Shown here: one piece after another, positions 37,893 through 48,211 of the stretch
How the letters are laid out: the number at the start of each line of letters is the position of its first letter
How positions within the stretch are numbered: position 1 is the stretch's first letter
DNA from: Candidatus Heimdallarchaeum aukensis
Lineage (GTDB): Archaea > Asgardarchaeota > Heimdallarchaeia > Heimdallarchaeales > Heimdallarchaeaceae
DNA length: 64,000 nucleotides
Direction: 5' to 3'
Assembly (NCBI GenBank): GCA_021513695.1
Contig: CP084166.1
Location: forward strand, 1,024,001 to 1,088,000
Position numbers and translations under genes: made by a program
The notes under the pieces: generated by a model
Databases searched by the model: none
What the model saw: the letters and a program-made list of their open reading frames with translations, nothing else
Told to the model about the DNA's origin: nothing

Positions 37893-38333
37893 ATGGATAG
37901 TGTAGATGAGAAAATAATTAAAATTTTACAATCAGACTCAAGATTGTCAGCAAGAGCAATAGCAAAAAAAATGAACATAGCTCCATCAACAGTGTTGTCT
38001 AGAATAAAGAAGCTAGAAGAAAAAAAGATAATAAGAGATTATACTATAACCCTCGATTATGCAAATTTAGGTTATGATGTTCCTGTAATTATAGATGTAA
38101 AAGTTTCAAAAGGAAAATTGTTTGAAGTAGAAAACGAAATAGCAAAATCAAAAAATGTAATAGCAGTATATGATGTAACAGGAGACTTCGATGTAGTAGT
38201 ATTAGCTATTTTTAAGACAAGAAAAGGATTAGATCAGTTCATTAAAAAGCTTCAAGCTTACAAATATGTAGAAAGAACAAATACAAAACTAATTCTAAAT
38301 ACAATAAAAGATTCGTCAACAATAAAAATATAA
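37893..38333 (+). CDS. lrp: Lrp/AsnC-family transcriptional regulator.
   Basis: KIIKILQSDSRLSARAIAKKMNIAPSTVLSRIKKLEEKKIIRDYT is an HTH, followed by a RAM domain. Confidence 0.85.
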   Translation: MDSVDEKIIKILQSDSRLSARAIAKKMNIAPSTVLSRIKKLEEKKIIRDYTITLDYANLGYDVPVIIDVKVSKGKLFEVENEIAKSKNVIAVYDVTGDFDVVVLAIFKTRKGLDQFIKKLQAYKYVERTNTKLILNTIKDSSTIKI

Positions 38334-38361
38334 CAAAAAGGTGTAGAAGTCAATACGAAGT

Positions 38362-39618
38362 GTGTGGAAAAAGAATAGGTGTAAGACAAAGAATAGTGTA
38401 TCAGATTATTTCAAAAGAATTTTAAATCGAAAGAATTTTGTAAAAATGCTTATGAAATTGAAAAAAGAAACAAAATTGCTATTGATACTTTTTTCAACAT
38501 ATATATTTCTTAACAGTGTTTTTATTCTGTACTGCATATTCATAAATACCAATTATGTTACTGAAGTACCAGATCAAGGAAATTTTGTCACAAGAGGGTC
38601 AGGAATTCTTTCTGGACTTTTACCTTATAGAGACTTTTATACAAATGCTGCTCCTTTAAGTCCATATGTTTGGTCAATTATAGTATTGATTTCCAGTTTA
38701 CTAGTGGTCAAATTTGACTTTGTAGTAAGATTCTTTTTCTCTTTATGTCTAATTTTGTCAAGTTTAATTTTATTTAAAATTCAAAAAAAGAAAAATAATC
38801 CCAAGGCATTCATTATGGCCCTTGTTTATGGATTAAATCCCTTTTTTCTTTACCTAAATGTTATATGGGGAGGAGATGAGTGTATTCTGCCATTACTTAT
38901 TTTAATACCTATATTCTTATTTGAAGAAAATAAACCTGTATTAGGCACAATTACTATAGCACTTGGAGCAGGAATAAAATACTATCCTGTTCTGTTAGCT
39001 CCTCTCATTTGGGCATATTTTGAAAATTGGAAGAAGAGAACAGTAGGAATAAGCTTATTTGTACTATTAGTTGGTTTAATATACATTCCTTTTTATTTCA
39101 TAGCTCCAGAAGAATTTCTTTTTCAGTTTAAAGATCCAGTTCAAGAAACATTTGGTGGAAACCAGGGAATATTATCTGTTATTCAAGCTTTTTTCAATTT
39201 GGATCTAGAAAAATACAATTTATACTTTAAAATAACCACGATAATTGTTTTATTTATTTGTGGGATATTTTTCCTATTTAGAAGAGAAGATAACTATATG
39301 GATGCTTTTCCTTTTCTTTTGATTTTTTTGATTTTTTACCCGAAATTCCAGATTTCTTATGTTGTTCTCCTTTTTCCATTTATAATCGAGTATATTTTTA
39401 TAGAAAGAAAAATTTATGTTAGCACAGCTTTTTATACTCTTTCTCTGGTATATGGTGATAGTGCAAATTCGCTAATGGAAGAAAATCTGTCAAATTTAGC
39501 TATGATTATATTATATTGGTTAATTGTTCTTGTATTTTATTTGCTGGCGTTTTCACTGCTTGTAATGTATTTCTCTACAACTAAAAAAATATCTTCAGAA
39601 CAAAAGACAGAAACTTAA
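38362..39618 (+). CDS. Polytopic membrane protein, possibly a GT-C-type glycosyltransferase.
   Basis: 418 aa with many transmembrane helices. Weak call. Confidence 0.35.
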   Translation: MWKKNRCKTKNSVSDYFKRILNRKNFVKMLMKLKKETKLLLILFSTYIFLNSVFILYCIFINTNYVTEVPDQGNFVTRGSGILSGLLPYRDFYTNAAPLSPYVWSIIVLISSLLVVKFDFVVRFFFSLCLILSSLILFKIQKKKNNPKAFIMALVYGLNPFFLYLNVIWGGDECILPLLILIPIFLFEENKPVLGTITIALGAGIKYYPVLLAPLIWAYFENWKKRTVGISLFVLLVGLIYIPFYFIAPEEFLFQFKDPVQETFGGNQGILSVIQAFFNLDLEKYNLYFKITTIIVLFICGIFFLFRREDNYMDAFPFLLIFLIFYPKFQISYVVLLFPFIIEYIFIERKIYVSTAFYTLSLVYGDSANSLMEENLSNLAMIILYWLIVLVFYLLAFSLLVMYFSTTKKISSEQKTET

Positions 39619-39740
39619 TCTCAATCCTCTGTTTTCGATGTCTAAACAGCTAAACTTTTCATATTTTAATTAATTTAAAACAATTTTTTCTTCATTTCCT
39701 TTCAAACAAATTTAAAAATAAAGTTCAAAAGTTTATTACT

Positions 39741-41162
39741 ATGCACCTCATAGAAAGGATTCCTATACCAGTAAAGGAAGATACTTCTTCACTAGAGCGA
39801 ATTGTAACTTTAGATTTTCTACGAGGAGTAGCTATTCTTTTTATGACCTTTGCTCACTGTTTTTACCATTCGTATGATTACAGTTGGGCTATTGAAAATC
39901 CAGAACTGTTGTTGGCCTATCCAAAAATACTAGTAGGAATAGGGGTATTAATCGCTTATTTAGGGAGCTGGAACACCTTTTTTCTATTAATTTCTTCAAT
40001 AGTCAACACCTACTCAATGACTAAAAGAATAAAAAATGGAAAAGATGCGAAAGAAGTTTTCAGAAAAAGGTTGTTAAGTGGAATAATTTTACTGTTTTAC
40101 AGTTATTTTATCGACGCTTTTGGTTACTATGGTTACTTTGGTTATGCAATAAGAACAGGCGATTGGTCAAACATTTATTTTATTTGGGCCCAGATGTTCC
40201 AAATAAGCACAATTCAAATTATTTCTCTATCGATAATAATTACAACTATAATAAACTATTATTTGTTAAGAAATGGAAAACACGATAATGACAGAAAAAA
40301 TTTGTTCATATACGGCTTTTTAGCTTTAGCAATTCTCGTCTCAACACAATTTGTCCACGATTGGGTAGATAATATGAATTGGGAAAAACCAACTGTTTAT
40401 CCAGGAATAGTTACACCAGTAATTGAACCAAATTGGCCAAATCCCTACATACAAGCACATAACGCATCAATAAAAACGTTCTTTTTAGTAATTATAGCAG
40501 GACACCTAGAACCAATCTTCCCATGCTTAGCAACAGGTTTTATAGGTGCAATGATAGGAATAATTCTATCAAATGATCGCCCTCCTAAAAAACTACCTCT
40601 TTTTGCTTCATTAGGAGGATTAATATTCATAATAATAGGAATAATTTTAATCATTCTAGGACTTCCATACTCCTTATTCGACCAGAGACCTGAAATTCCA
40701 ACTTTTATTATACAACTAGGTGGGCAGATAATGGTAGTGATGCTTTTCCTAAGAATAGTAGAGTATAGAGGAAAATCGGAAAAGTTTGCTAATAATCAAA
40801 TTGTTAAACATTTTAGACTTTGGGCAATAGCTTCATTATCAATTTATTGGTTAGAATTAGTGGATCTCTTTCCTAAATGGATTTTGAACATAATATTCGC
40901 AAAGAAAATAGGAAAAAATCTCTTTGAACATAGTTTAGGTTACGGTTACTTTACAATAGCTTTAGGAGTAGGTGCTTTCTCATTCTTATTCTACGAATTA
41001 ATAGTGTTTTTGTGGTCAAGAGTGAATTTCAAAGGTTCATTTGAATGGTTTTTGATTAATTTACAAGCAATAGGGTCAAAAACTAAATCAAAGAGACTAA
41101 ATGTAAAGGCATTGTTGAACCAAAGTAAATATATTGTATTCACAGAGGATAAACAAGCATAA
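39741..41162 (+). CDS. DUF1624/acyltransferase-3-like membrane protein.
   Basis: The N-terminus VTLDFLRGVAILFMTFAHCFYH fits that family, and the protein has many transmembrane helices. Confidence 0.45.
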   Translation: MHLIERIPIPVKEDTSSLERIVTLDFLRGVAILFMTFAHCFYHSYDYSWAIENPELLLAYPKILVGIGVLIAYLGSWNTFFLLISSIVNTYSMTKRIKNGKDAKEVFRKRLLSGIILLFYSYFIDAFGYYGYFGYAIRTGDWSNIYFIWAQMFQISTIQIISLSIIITTIINYYLLRNGKHDNDRKNLFIYGFLALAILVSTQFVHDWVDNMNWEKPTVYPGIVTPVIEPNWPNPYIQAHNASIKTFFLVIIAGHLEPIFPCLATGFIGAMIGIILSNDRPPKKLPLFASLGGLIFIIIGIILIILGLPYSLFDQRPEIPTFIIQLGGQIMVVMLFLRIVEYRGKSEKFANNQIVKHFRLWAIASLSIYWLELVDLFPKWILNIIFAKKIGKNLFEHSLGYGYFTIALGVGAFSFLFYELIVFLWSRVNFKGSFEWFLINLQAIGSKTKSKRLNVKALLNQSKYIVFTEDKQA

Positions 41163-41246
41163 AAAATAAAGATACTGTAGATGATTTCTCGCTGATAATT
41201 CTTTTTTCAATTTTTATTTGCAAAAATAAAAAAATAAAAAGAATGG

Positions 41247-44200
41247 TCAAAATCTTTTTCTAGTTCTAATTTTAATCCAGCAAGAAAAAACCATAACAAT
41301 AAGGATTGTAATAAATGGGAATGGAAGAATAATAGTATTCTTATTGTTAGTATCATCTCCTGCTGAAGAAGTGGAATCAGTTTGAGAACTACTCTGTAAA
41401 TAGATTACGAATTGACTGGTTGAAGCGATGTTCTCATGAATATCTGAAGCTTCAATGTAGAAAGTCACCTTTTTTTCTTTAATAAATGGTCCTACTTGCA
41501 CGTAATAGACCCCATCTGAAGGTGTCATTAGAACAGACGTTTCTACTGTAGAATCACCTATTGTATAATATAATTTTATATATTTTAATTGACTTTCATC
41601 TGTTACTTTAGCAGATATTTCAATAACAGTTTGATCAGTAGGTTCTGAAGGAGTGTATTGAACGTCTGTTATCGTTGGAGGAATATCATCATAAATAAAA
41701 ATAGAAATTGAAATTTCGTAGAGTTCACTTCCTATAAAGTTTCCAAAAATGTCGACAGCTATGATGTAGAAACTAACTAAACTATTAGCTTCAAAAGGAC
41801 CTAAAGTACAATTATAGGTGTCATCACCAATGTAAGTCATTGTGGGAGAAAACCATTCACCATTGCTTTCGTATACCAACATAACGAACTGTACATCAGA
41901 TTCATAGTCGACAACATTGGCATATATATCTATAGTGTCTAATTCAGTTGGATTTTCAGGAGAATATTGAATATTTAAAATAGCTGGCGCTATATTGTCA
42001 ATTATTGTACCATTGTTTCTTACTGTATCAATGGCAGTTTCAACAGGTAACCATAGTTTTTCATATGTTGTAGTATAAAATAATAAATAATATTCAATAG
42101 TTTCATTAGCTGTTAAAACTAAAGATAATGAGTTATTTCCATAATTGTCTTTATCACCTAAAACACTCATTACATTTCCATAATGTTCATCAGTCCAACC
42201 ATCACCGTGGTAACTATAGTTGGCGAACATAGCAAATCCTTGTTTGTGATAGTCATCAAACATTGTTACATACATCATATTATTGTACGGAGAAACCTCA
42301 CTTGGTAAAATCAAATCCCCACTGTCAAACGGAAAAGAAAGAGCATCAAGAGCTCCAGAATAATAGTAATAGTCATTTGCTTGGTCTCCACCAGTTGTTA
42401 ACTGCAAACGAGTTTCAAGATTGTAAACGTCAGAATAATTGTTAGGGTTGTAAATATAACCACTAACTTTTATTAAGCCAGAGTTCCTTTGGACAGACAT
42501 GTTCATGTCTAAATAAACAACTTCATTTTTTGAAGAATAGATCATCTTTTGTTCCAAAGAAATATTAGCTCTGTATCCATCATTATAAACAATATCCATT
42601 CTTGTAAATTCATAGGGTTCATAACTCTCAGATTGTTTAGTTTGAATAAAATGAGAAAGAACATCAGTGCCAAGAGATACAACCTCAGACTCTGTTCCTG
42701 TTTTCAAGACAAAAGATGTATCGTTTGTTACACACCATTCGTAATAATCGGTGTTAATCCATAACTTGTTGAAATCGTCAATATAGACAAAATCTGAGCC
42801 TGGAGGAATGATGGGTGCTTTATAGATCATAGAATAATACATAGTGCTTGAAACGGCATCAAGACTGTTATCGTTGATAAGATTACCTAAAACAACTACA
42901 CTTCCATTATACAGAAAATGTAAAATATCTCCATTTGCCTTACCAACATCTATAATATCTCTATGACCGTCATTGTCAAAATCAACAAAAGAATCAGCTT
43001 GGTAATTATTATTACTAAGATAATAATATGGAAGACGTGAAACAGGCCTATCAGACTGCCACAACTTGTTTCCAGTACTTGTATCTATAAGTGCAAATCC
43101 TTCTTGATTGGTTGCAATATTTGTCAATATCTCATAATTTCCGTCATTATTATAATCAAATACAGCATCAGCAAAAAATAGCGAGTTGCCTGGAATGTTA
43201 ATAGCTGGAACTACATCTGCTCCAGTATTAACGTCAAGTAGATGAATGTACTCCGATGTACCACCATATGAACCAGTACCTATTGCAATTAACCCCTTGC
43301 TTAATAACTCATCAGTAACCAAATAGTTGCCATCAGCACTACCTTCTAGAGAAACAGACCAGATTTCTGTAAGATCAGTATCATACAATCTCCAATAAGA
43401 AGAACCCCAACCACCTATTAGCCACTCTGGCAGTCCATCACTGTCAAAATCATAAATGTAAGGCTTGCTTAATCCCCACGTACTGACATTAAAATCAACA
43501 AGTGTGGTTGGTATAAAATCCTTAAAATTTACCATCCTAAAATAAGTATTTGAATCATCCGGCCAACCGTAGAACATTATGTCTCTTACACCATCATTAT
43601 CATAGTCATATAAAATAGGAAAGTTTCCTAACTTTGGATATCCTCCATCGTAGTTAACTAAAATATCTCCATTAGTAGAATCAAAAATTAATAGTTGAAC
43701 AGGAGTAGGAGAAGTGTCATCATTAAATTGCTTGCCAAAAATTAATTCTTGAATACCGTCACCATTAAAGTCTTCAAATTCATAGAATCTGTAATAGTCA
43801 CTAGAACCTAAAATAAGTGTTTGTGACCAAACAATCTCTCCAGTATTTTCGTCAAGTCTATAAAATGTATAGTTAAAGTTATCCTCATATGCTTCAATAA
43901 ACCAAGTATAGATTTCTAAAACTCCGTCATTATCAGCGTCTTCAACTGCTCCAGGATTCATGTGGTCTTTTAACCACTGTAAAACCCATTTTCCATCTAT
44001 GTAACTAAATTTACCCATTTTTCTTGTACCTGTACTGTCCTCAAACTCAACTAAAATACTTGTAGTTTCATCTGACTGAAAGGTATCATAAGTTAAAGGG
44101 TTATCTTGAATTTGACTTATTTGAGAGCTAATATTGTTTTTATCTAGAAAAACAGAAGTATTAGTTATTTGGTTCCAGTCTTGACGGATCAAAAATGCAG

Positions 44201-44261
44201 ATAATAACAATAGAAGTAATATTAGAATTGTTTTTCTTTTTAATAACCTAAAGCCTGACAA
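41247..44261 (-). CDS. Secreted surface protein with FG-GAP-like repeats and a C-terminal membrane anchor, 1004 aa.
   Basis: N-terminal signal peptide. Blades DFNGDGIQELIFG, DYDNDGVRDIMFYG, DFDSDGLPEWLIGG and DFDNDGHRDIIDVG. C-terminal anchor PFPFITILIVMVF followed by a basic tail. Confidence 0.6.
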   Translation of the reverse strand: MSGFRLLKRKTILILLLLLLSAFLIRQDWNQITNTSVFLDKNNISSQISQIQDNPLTYDTFQSDETTSILVEFEDSTGTRKMGKFSYIDGKWVLQWLKDHMNPGAVEDADNDGVLEIYTWFIEAYEDNFNYTFYRLDENTGEIVWSQTLILGSSDYYRFYEFEDFNGDGIQELIFGKQFNDDTSPTPVQLLIFDSTNGDILVNYDGGYPKLGNFPILYDYDNDGVRDIMFYGWPDDSNTYFRMVNFKDFIPTTLVDFNVSTWGLSKPYIYDFDSDGLPEWLIGGWGSSYWRLYDTDLTEIWSVSLEGSADGNYLVTDELLSKGLIAIGTGSYGGTSEYIHLLDVNTGADVVPAINIPGNSLFFADAVFDYNNDGNYEILTNIATNQEGFALIDTSTGNKLWQSDRPVSRLPYYYLSNNNYQADSFVDFDNDGHRDIIDVGKANGDILHFLYNGSVVVLGNLINDNSLDAVSSTMYYSMIYKAPIIPPGSDFVYIDDFNKLWINTDYYEWCVTNDTSFVLKTGTESEVVSLGTDVLSHFIQTKQSESYEPYEFTRMDIVYNDGYRANISLEQKMIYSSKNEVVYLDMNMSVQRNSGLIKVSGYIYNPNNYSDVYNLETRLQLTTGGDQANDYYYYSGALDALSFPFDSGDLILPSEVSPYNNMMYVTMFDDYHKQGFAMFANYSYHGDGWTDEHYGNVMSVLGDKDNYGNNSLSLVLTANETIEYYLLFYTTTYEKLWLPVETAIDTVRNNGTIIDNIAPAILNIQYSPENPTELDTIDIYANVVDYESDVQFVMLVYESNGEWFSPTMTYIGDDTYNCTLGPFEANSLVSFYIIAVDIFGNFIGSELYEISISIFIYDDIPPTITDVQYTPSEPTDQTVIEISAKVTDESQLKYIKLYYTIGDSTVETSVLMTPSDGVYYVQVGPFIKEKKVTFYIEASDIHENIASTSQFVIYLQSSSQTDSTSSAGDDTNNKNTIILPFPFITILIVMVFSCWIKIRTRKRF

Positions 44262-44330
44262 TAATTTTACCCACTTAATAATTTGCTAAATATACCCTAT
44301 AAAATATTAAAGGATTTTGGGACTCTCAGA

Positions 44331-45104
44331 ACAGGTAGTGTCTAGTTTTTATACCGCCTCCTAGGCAAAAAGGAACTAAGGGGTGGATGTCCCAAGCTCT
44401 GATGAGGACGAACGAAATTATAATGGAGCATAAAGAGAATAAGGAAACCAGAAAGATGAGTAGAGCCATAGACGGCACGGATAGGACAAGTGCAGTGGAG
44501 AATAGAATGAAACCAACGATAACTCTTAAGGGTAGCATTAAAACGTTCAATATAGGAGCGTAAACCACCTTTGATAACAGAGATTTTGATACCGAGACGA
44601 AGTAAAACAGGATACCATACCCCTACATCTGTAACGACAATACGAGGATTAAAACCCTATACCAGCATTTGAACCAATAACGGAAAGTTAGTAAACATTC
44701 AAGATTACTCCGTCCTTTAGTAATACTAAAACCCAGTAAAGTCTTGTTGTAAGGATCTAACGCGAACCACATATACATTGAGCCTTGAGAGGTCCTAATC
44801 TCTGTTTCATCTACTACTATAATCTCTGGTATTCTCCCTCTCTCTGCTACAATTCTATGTAAACTTTCCCTAAAGAGCCTGAACTTCTTTACCCAATACC
44901 ATAATGTTTGATGCGTTAAACCATTCTTCCATGCTACTGTCCTCAAACCATTCTTTGAACCAATATATTCATAAATCGCTTTTATTATTATCTTTTTGGG
45001 GACTCTGCATCTCTTAAAAAGAGTAGATAGTTTTTGAATGTTCATATCTTACTATTAGAGTCCCCACAAATATTTTTGTCGGAAGAAAACTAGACACTAC
45101 CCTG
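44331..45104 (-). mobile_element. IS6-family insertion sequence, about 774 bp, with 18-19-bp terminal inverted repeats.
   Basis: Left end CAGGTAGTGTCTAGTTTT at 44331-44349. Right end AAAACTAGACACTACCCTG at 45086-45104 (reverse complement CAGGGTAGTGTCTAGTTTT). An IS6-type transposase fills the interior. Confidence 0.8.
44342..45045 (-). pseudogene. IS6-family DDE transposase disrupted by a single frameshift.
   Basis: ORF 44623..45045 has the IS6 HTH (KIIIKAIYEYIGSKNGLRTVAWKNGLTHQTLWYWVKKF) and VVDETEIRTSQG...FALDPYNK. A second frame continues PRIVVTDVGVWYP...YIERFNATLKSY...HYNFVRPHQSLG to a TAG inside the left inverted repeat. Inserting 1 nt at ttaatcctcg (44650s) restores one ~240-aa ORF. 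Confidence 0.75.
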
Positions 45105-45129
45105 CTTTCTTATTAAAAATATTTAAATA

Positions 45130-45429
45130 TCAATAAAATTTCAAAAATTCCATCGTATCCTTACAATAGAGGAAAGAGGAACATCTTCTAACTGTGCTCG
45201 TTGTGGAAAAGAAGTTTCTCGACCTGTTAAAGGTTTAGTTCATTTCTCCTCTTGCAACTAAACCTTCCACTCTGATTTAACAGGAGCAATGAATATCACT
45301 GGCAAGTTCATTGTTTCTCTTTTCAGTCCCCGTGGGACAACTATCACTGATTACCTCACTGGTCAGAAATTCAGTTCTACTCATCTCACTGTTTTCCGAG
45401 GGCTCAGTCATTGGTTACAGTCCCAGTAG
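45130..45429 (+). pseudogene. Decayed C-terminal fragment of an IS200/IS605 TnpB (zinc finger plus RuvC-III region), with visibly higher GC than the surroundings.
   Basis: Own translation gives ...GTSSNCARCGKEVSRPVKGLVHFSSCN*. A shifted frame then gives FHSDLTGAMNITGK..., matching the TnpB C-terminus (C..CG...R.f.C..CG...DrD.NAA.NI). Confidence 0.55.
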
Positions 45430-45737
45430 ACAAAAAAGAAATTAATTCTATCCTTTTATATTTGAGGGTTAGTTCTTTCTTTTTTGTCTCTCGTGGAGTG
45501 AAGGAAAAAAGAAAAAAGATTTATACTTTTTTTCTTCCTTCTTTATGATTCCCACGATTCGTGTATGATGTCTGTATCAATCCCTCATTCTTTCATTGTA
45601 TGTTTAGGTTGAGTTTTCAAGCGATTAAACTTTTATTAGTTTTCTCTCTTGAAAGACCGAGTGCGAAAAACTTACGTAAAAAAGTAAATCATAAAGTTTA
45701 TTAAAACCGTATTTATTTCTCACTTATTGGGGTTTGT

Positions 45738-46835
45738 ATGGATTACTATCAAATTGCTAAATTAGCAGAGGGTTCGATACTATTACTTATAGCTGTTATA
45801 ACTCTTATTATTGGAAGGAGAAACAGTAGTATTTTTTACGTAAACTGGTTTTTTTTTACCCTTACTTTTAGTGCTTATCAATTCACCTTATACTTTGAAT
45901 ATTCCTACCAGACCCTGACATTGTATCAAATGGTTCAAACAACAAGAGCTTTTTTTATCACGATATTACTTGGAGCAACATTACAGCAATCACGTATTTT
46001 TCAAAGAAAATCTACCTTTTTCTTCATGGCATCGGTAACCATCTTTATGTTATACATTATCTGGGTTCCTTTAGCAATAAAAGAAACTGTAGAAACTTTT
46101 AGAGATGTCCAAGTAGTACTATTTCATACTATTAGAACAGATATTTTTGGACTTATTTTTGGTCTTCTAATTATTCTATCAGCTACTTTTTTGCTACCGA
46201 TTATTGTTAGAAATATAAAAATTATAAGAAGTTCAAAATTTTCAAATAAGCTAGTTACGAATATAATTATGACTTTAATAGTTATTATTTGTCTATTTGC
46301 TTTGGGAGGAGTTACTATTGCAAGAAGAGCACAAATGCTATATGATGTTAAAGAATACAAAATTGCTGAGATTTTTGTAGAATTAATAAGTGTGTCTTTC
46401 ACTTCGATTTACTTGAGTCAAAGCCAGAGTCATGGTATTCAAGCAGTATTAATAGTAGACAGAGAGGGTAATCCAATCTTAGGCTATTCTCCTCTAAAAA
46501 GAGAAAAAATCTCTTTTGAAGAGAAAATAATAGCTGCTTCAGGTTTTCTCTCATCATTATTTATGTTTGTTAAAAATTATGTTGCATCATCGAAAAATGA
46601 AGAATTCAAAGAATTAAAAACAACAAACTCTTCATTGCTATTCTACAGTGGAGAGAAATTCTTTTTGATTGTCCAATCCTACCTTACAAGTTCACAATTA
46701 GATATAGTTTCTGAAAGAGTTCTACGAGAAATAGATTTCTATTTATCCTCTCTTCCTCTAAATGAGATGCCTGATGAAAAACAGAGAAGTGATCTCTTCT
46801 TTTTATTAGACAAGAACTTTTATCTTCTCGCGTGA
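45738..46835 (+). CDS. Membrane protein (about 6 transmembrane helices) with a C-terminal roadblock/LC7-like domain (tentative).
   Basis: C-terminal GIQAVLIVDREGNPILGYSP...AASGFLSSLFMFV...EKFFLIVQSYL resembles roadblock domains. Confidence 0.35.
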   Translation: MDYYQIAKLAEGSILLLIAVITLIIGRRNSSIFYVNWFFFTLTFSAYQFTLYFEYSYQTLTLYQMVQTTRAFFITILLGATLQQSRIFQRKSTFFFMASVTIFMLYIIWVPLAIKETVETFRDVQVVLFHTIRTDIFGLIFGLLIILSATFLLPIIVRNIKIIRSSKFSNKLVTNIIMTLIVIICLFALGGVTIARRAQMLYDVKEYKIAEIFVELISVSFTSIYLSQSQSHGIQAVLIVDREGNPILGYSPLKREKISFEEKIIAASGFLSSLFMFVKNYVASSKNEEFKELKTTNSSLLFYSGEKFFLIVQSYLTSSQLDIVSERVLREIDFYLSSLPLNEMPDEKQRSDLFFLLDKNFYLLA

Positions 46836-46866
46836 AAGATAATCTCTTTTAATTAAGCTAATAATA

Positions 46867-47565
46867 TTATTTTTTGGTTAAAGTGATTTCTTCTTCATAC
46901 ATATAAGGGTACGCTCTAAAGGTGATATTTAGTTTAATCGCAGCGAAAAAAATGAAGAACAAAGAGATTATTGCAAAGCTTCCAGCGATTATGTCTAGGG
47001 TTGTAAAGTATGAAAAGTAGAATAGAATGTAACGAATTAAAATAATAAGAAATGTAAGGGCTTGTAGTAAAAAGCCTATACTCATAAAGTAATCTGGTTT
47101 TTTAATTACTTTTTCTTCTTCAAATTTAAGAGCTAAATCTTGTTTTAGGTAAAAGAACTCTGTTGCACAAGCTAAATTTCCAATTATCATAAATAATAGT
47201 CCTAATATTTCTAAAATGTCTGATTTCCCTAGCTCTTGAATCGTAAATAATAGAAGAGATACAAATATTGACGAGCTTCCGATTATAGCAAACTTCCAGC
47301 TTTTTCTTCCATATTTCCATTTTGTTTCTTTATCTAAAGTAAATTCTTTTGAAGCGTAACCTATACCCAAAATTCCGGTTATGACAACAAAGTAAAGAAA
47401 GTTTATCCCATTAAAACCTTGATAGGGAACAGTCAACATAGCTTTATTTAATAGAATCAAAAAAAGATAGAAAAAACCGAGAAGAAATCCTCCACTTTTT
47501 ATTAAATTAGCACTCTGATATTTATTCATTTCATTCTTCTCCTTCATAATCATCTGTTTCATCAA
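46867..47565 (-). CDS. Polytopic membrane protein.
   Basis: ORF. Its start overlaps the upstream gene by 35 nt. Confidence 0.45.
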   Translation of the reverse strand: MMKQMIMKEKNEMNKYQSANLIKSGGFLLGFFYLFLILLNKAMLTVPYQGFNGINFLYFVVITGILGIGYASKEFTLDKETKWKYGRKSWKFAIIGSSSIFVSLLLFTIQELGKSDILEILGLLFMIIGNLACATEFFYLKQDLALKFEEEKVIKKPDYFMSIGFLLQALTFLIILIRYILFYFSYFTTLDIIAGSFAIISLFFIFFAAIKLNITFRAYPYMYEEEITLTKK

Positions 47566-48211
47566 GATCTTCTTCTTTCTTTTTCACTATTGATTGGAAA
47601 AAGTAAACAAGATTCAAGAAACCAAGAATAATAATAAAGTTCGAGACAAACAGAATATATGATGCAACATCTATTAACCAATCTGGTCGAGAAACAAGGT
47701 CACTTATGAGAAATTCATTAGTCCAAAGAAAAACATAGCCTATAGAGGTTAAACCATATCCATAAACTAGGAACAATCTAGGGGTTACTTGGGAGAGATC
47801 ATCTGAATATATCTTCTTTTGTAGTTTAAACAGCTTGAGAAAACTTATTATTATAAGCAAATAATAAATTAACCCTGTAATTAATCTGTAAATTTGAAAG
47901 CCCACAGAAATCCAAACTGCTTTTTCATTATAAATAAGGTATAGGGTAATGTTAAATAGATCAAGAATAGAAGCGCTAGTTAGAGAGATACTTACAAATT
48001 TCCAAGAAGAAAAATTACTTTTCAGCATTTTTCCAAATCTATAGAAACCTAAAGCTAAAAAGATAATAGATAAATCAAAAGCTATTCCGATATAAGTTGC
48101 TGCAGAAGCAAAATAAAGGAATATAGAAAAAACATACAATAAGAGACTTGCTATTCCTGATATTAGCAAATAATTCTGAATTTCTTTTGTAAAATTATTA
48201 ATCAACATCAT
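47531..48211 (-). CDS. Polytopic membrane protein.
   Basis: ORF. Overlaps both neighbouring genes. Confidence 0.45.
   Translation of the reverse strand: MMLINNFTKEIQNYLLISGIASLLLYVFSIFLYFASAATYIGIAFDLSIIFLALGFYRFGKMLKSNFSSWKFVSISLTSASILDLFNITLYLIYNEKAVWISVGFQIYRLITGLIYYLLIIISFLKLFKLQKKIYSDDLSQVTPRLFLVYGYGLTSIGYVFLWTNEFLISDLVSRPDWLIDVASYILFVSNFIIILGFLNLVYFFQSIVKKKEEDLDETDDYEGEE

Noticed and set aside
44323-45112. An 8-bp target-site duplication flanking the IS6 element.
   Set aside because: The flanks ctctcaga and ctttctta match at only 5 of 8 positions. No clean duplication, so none is claimed.
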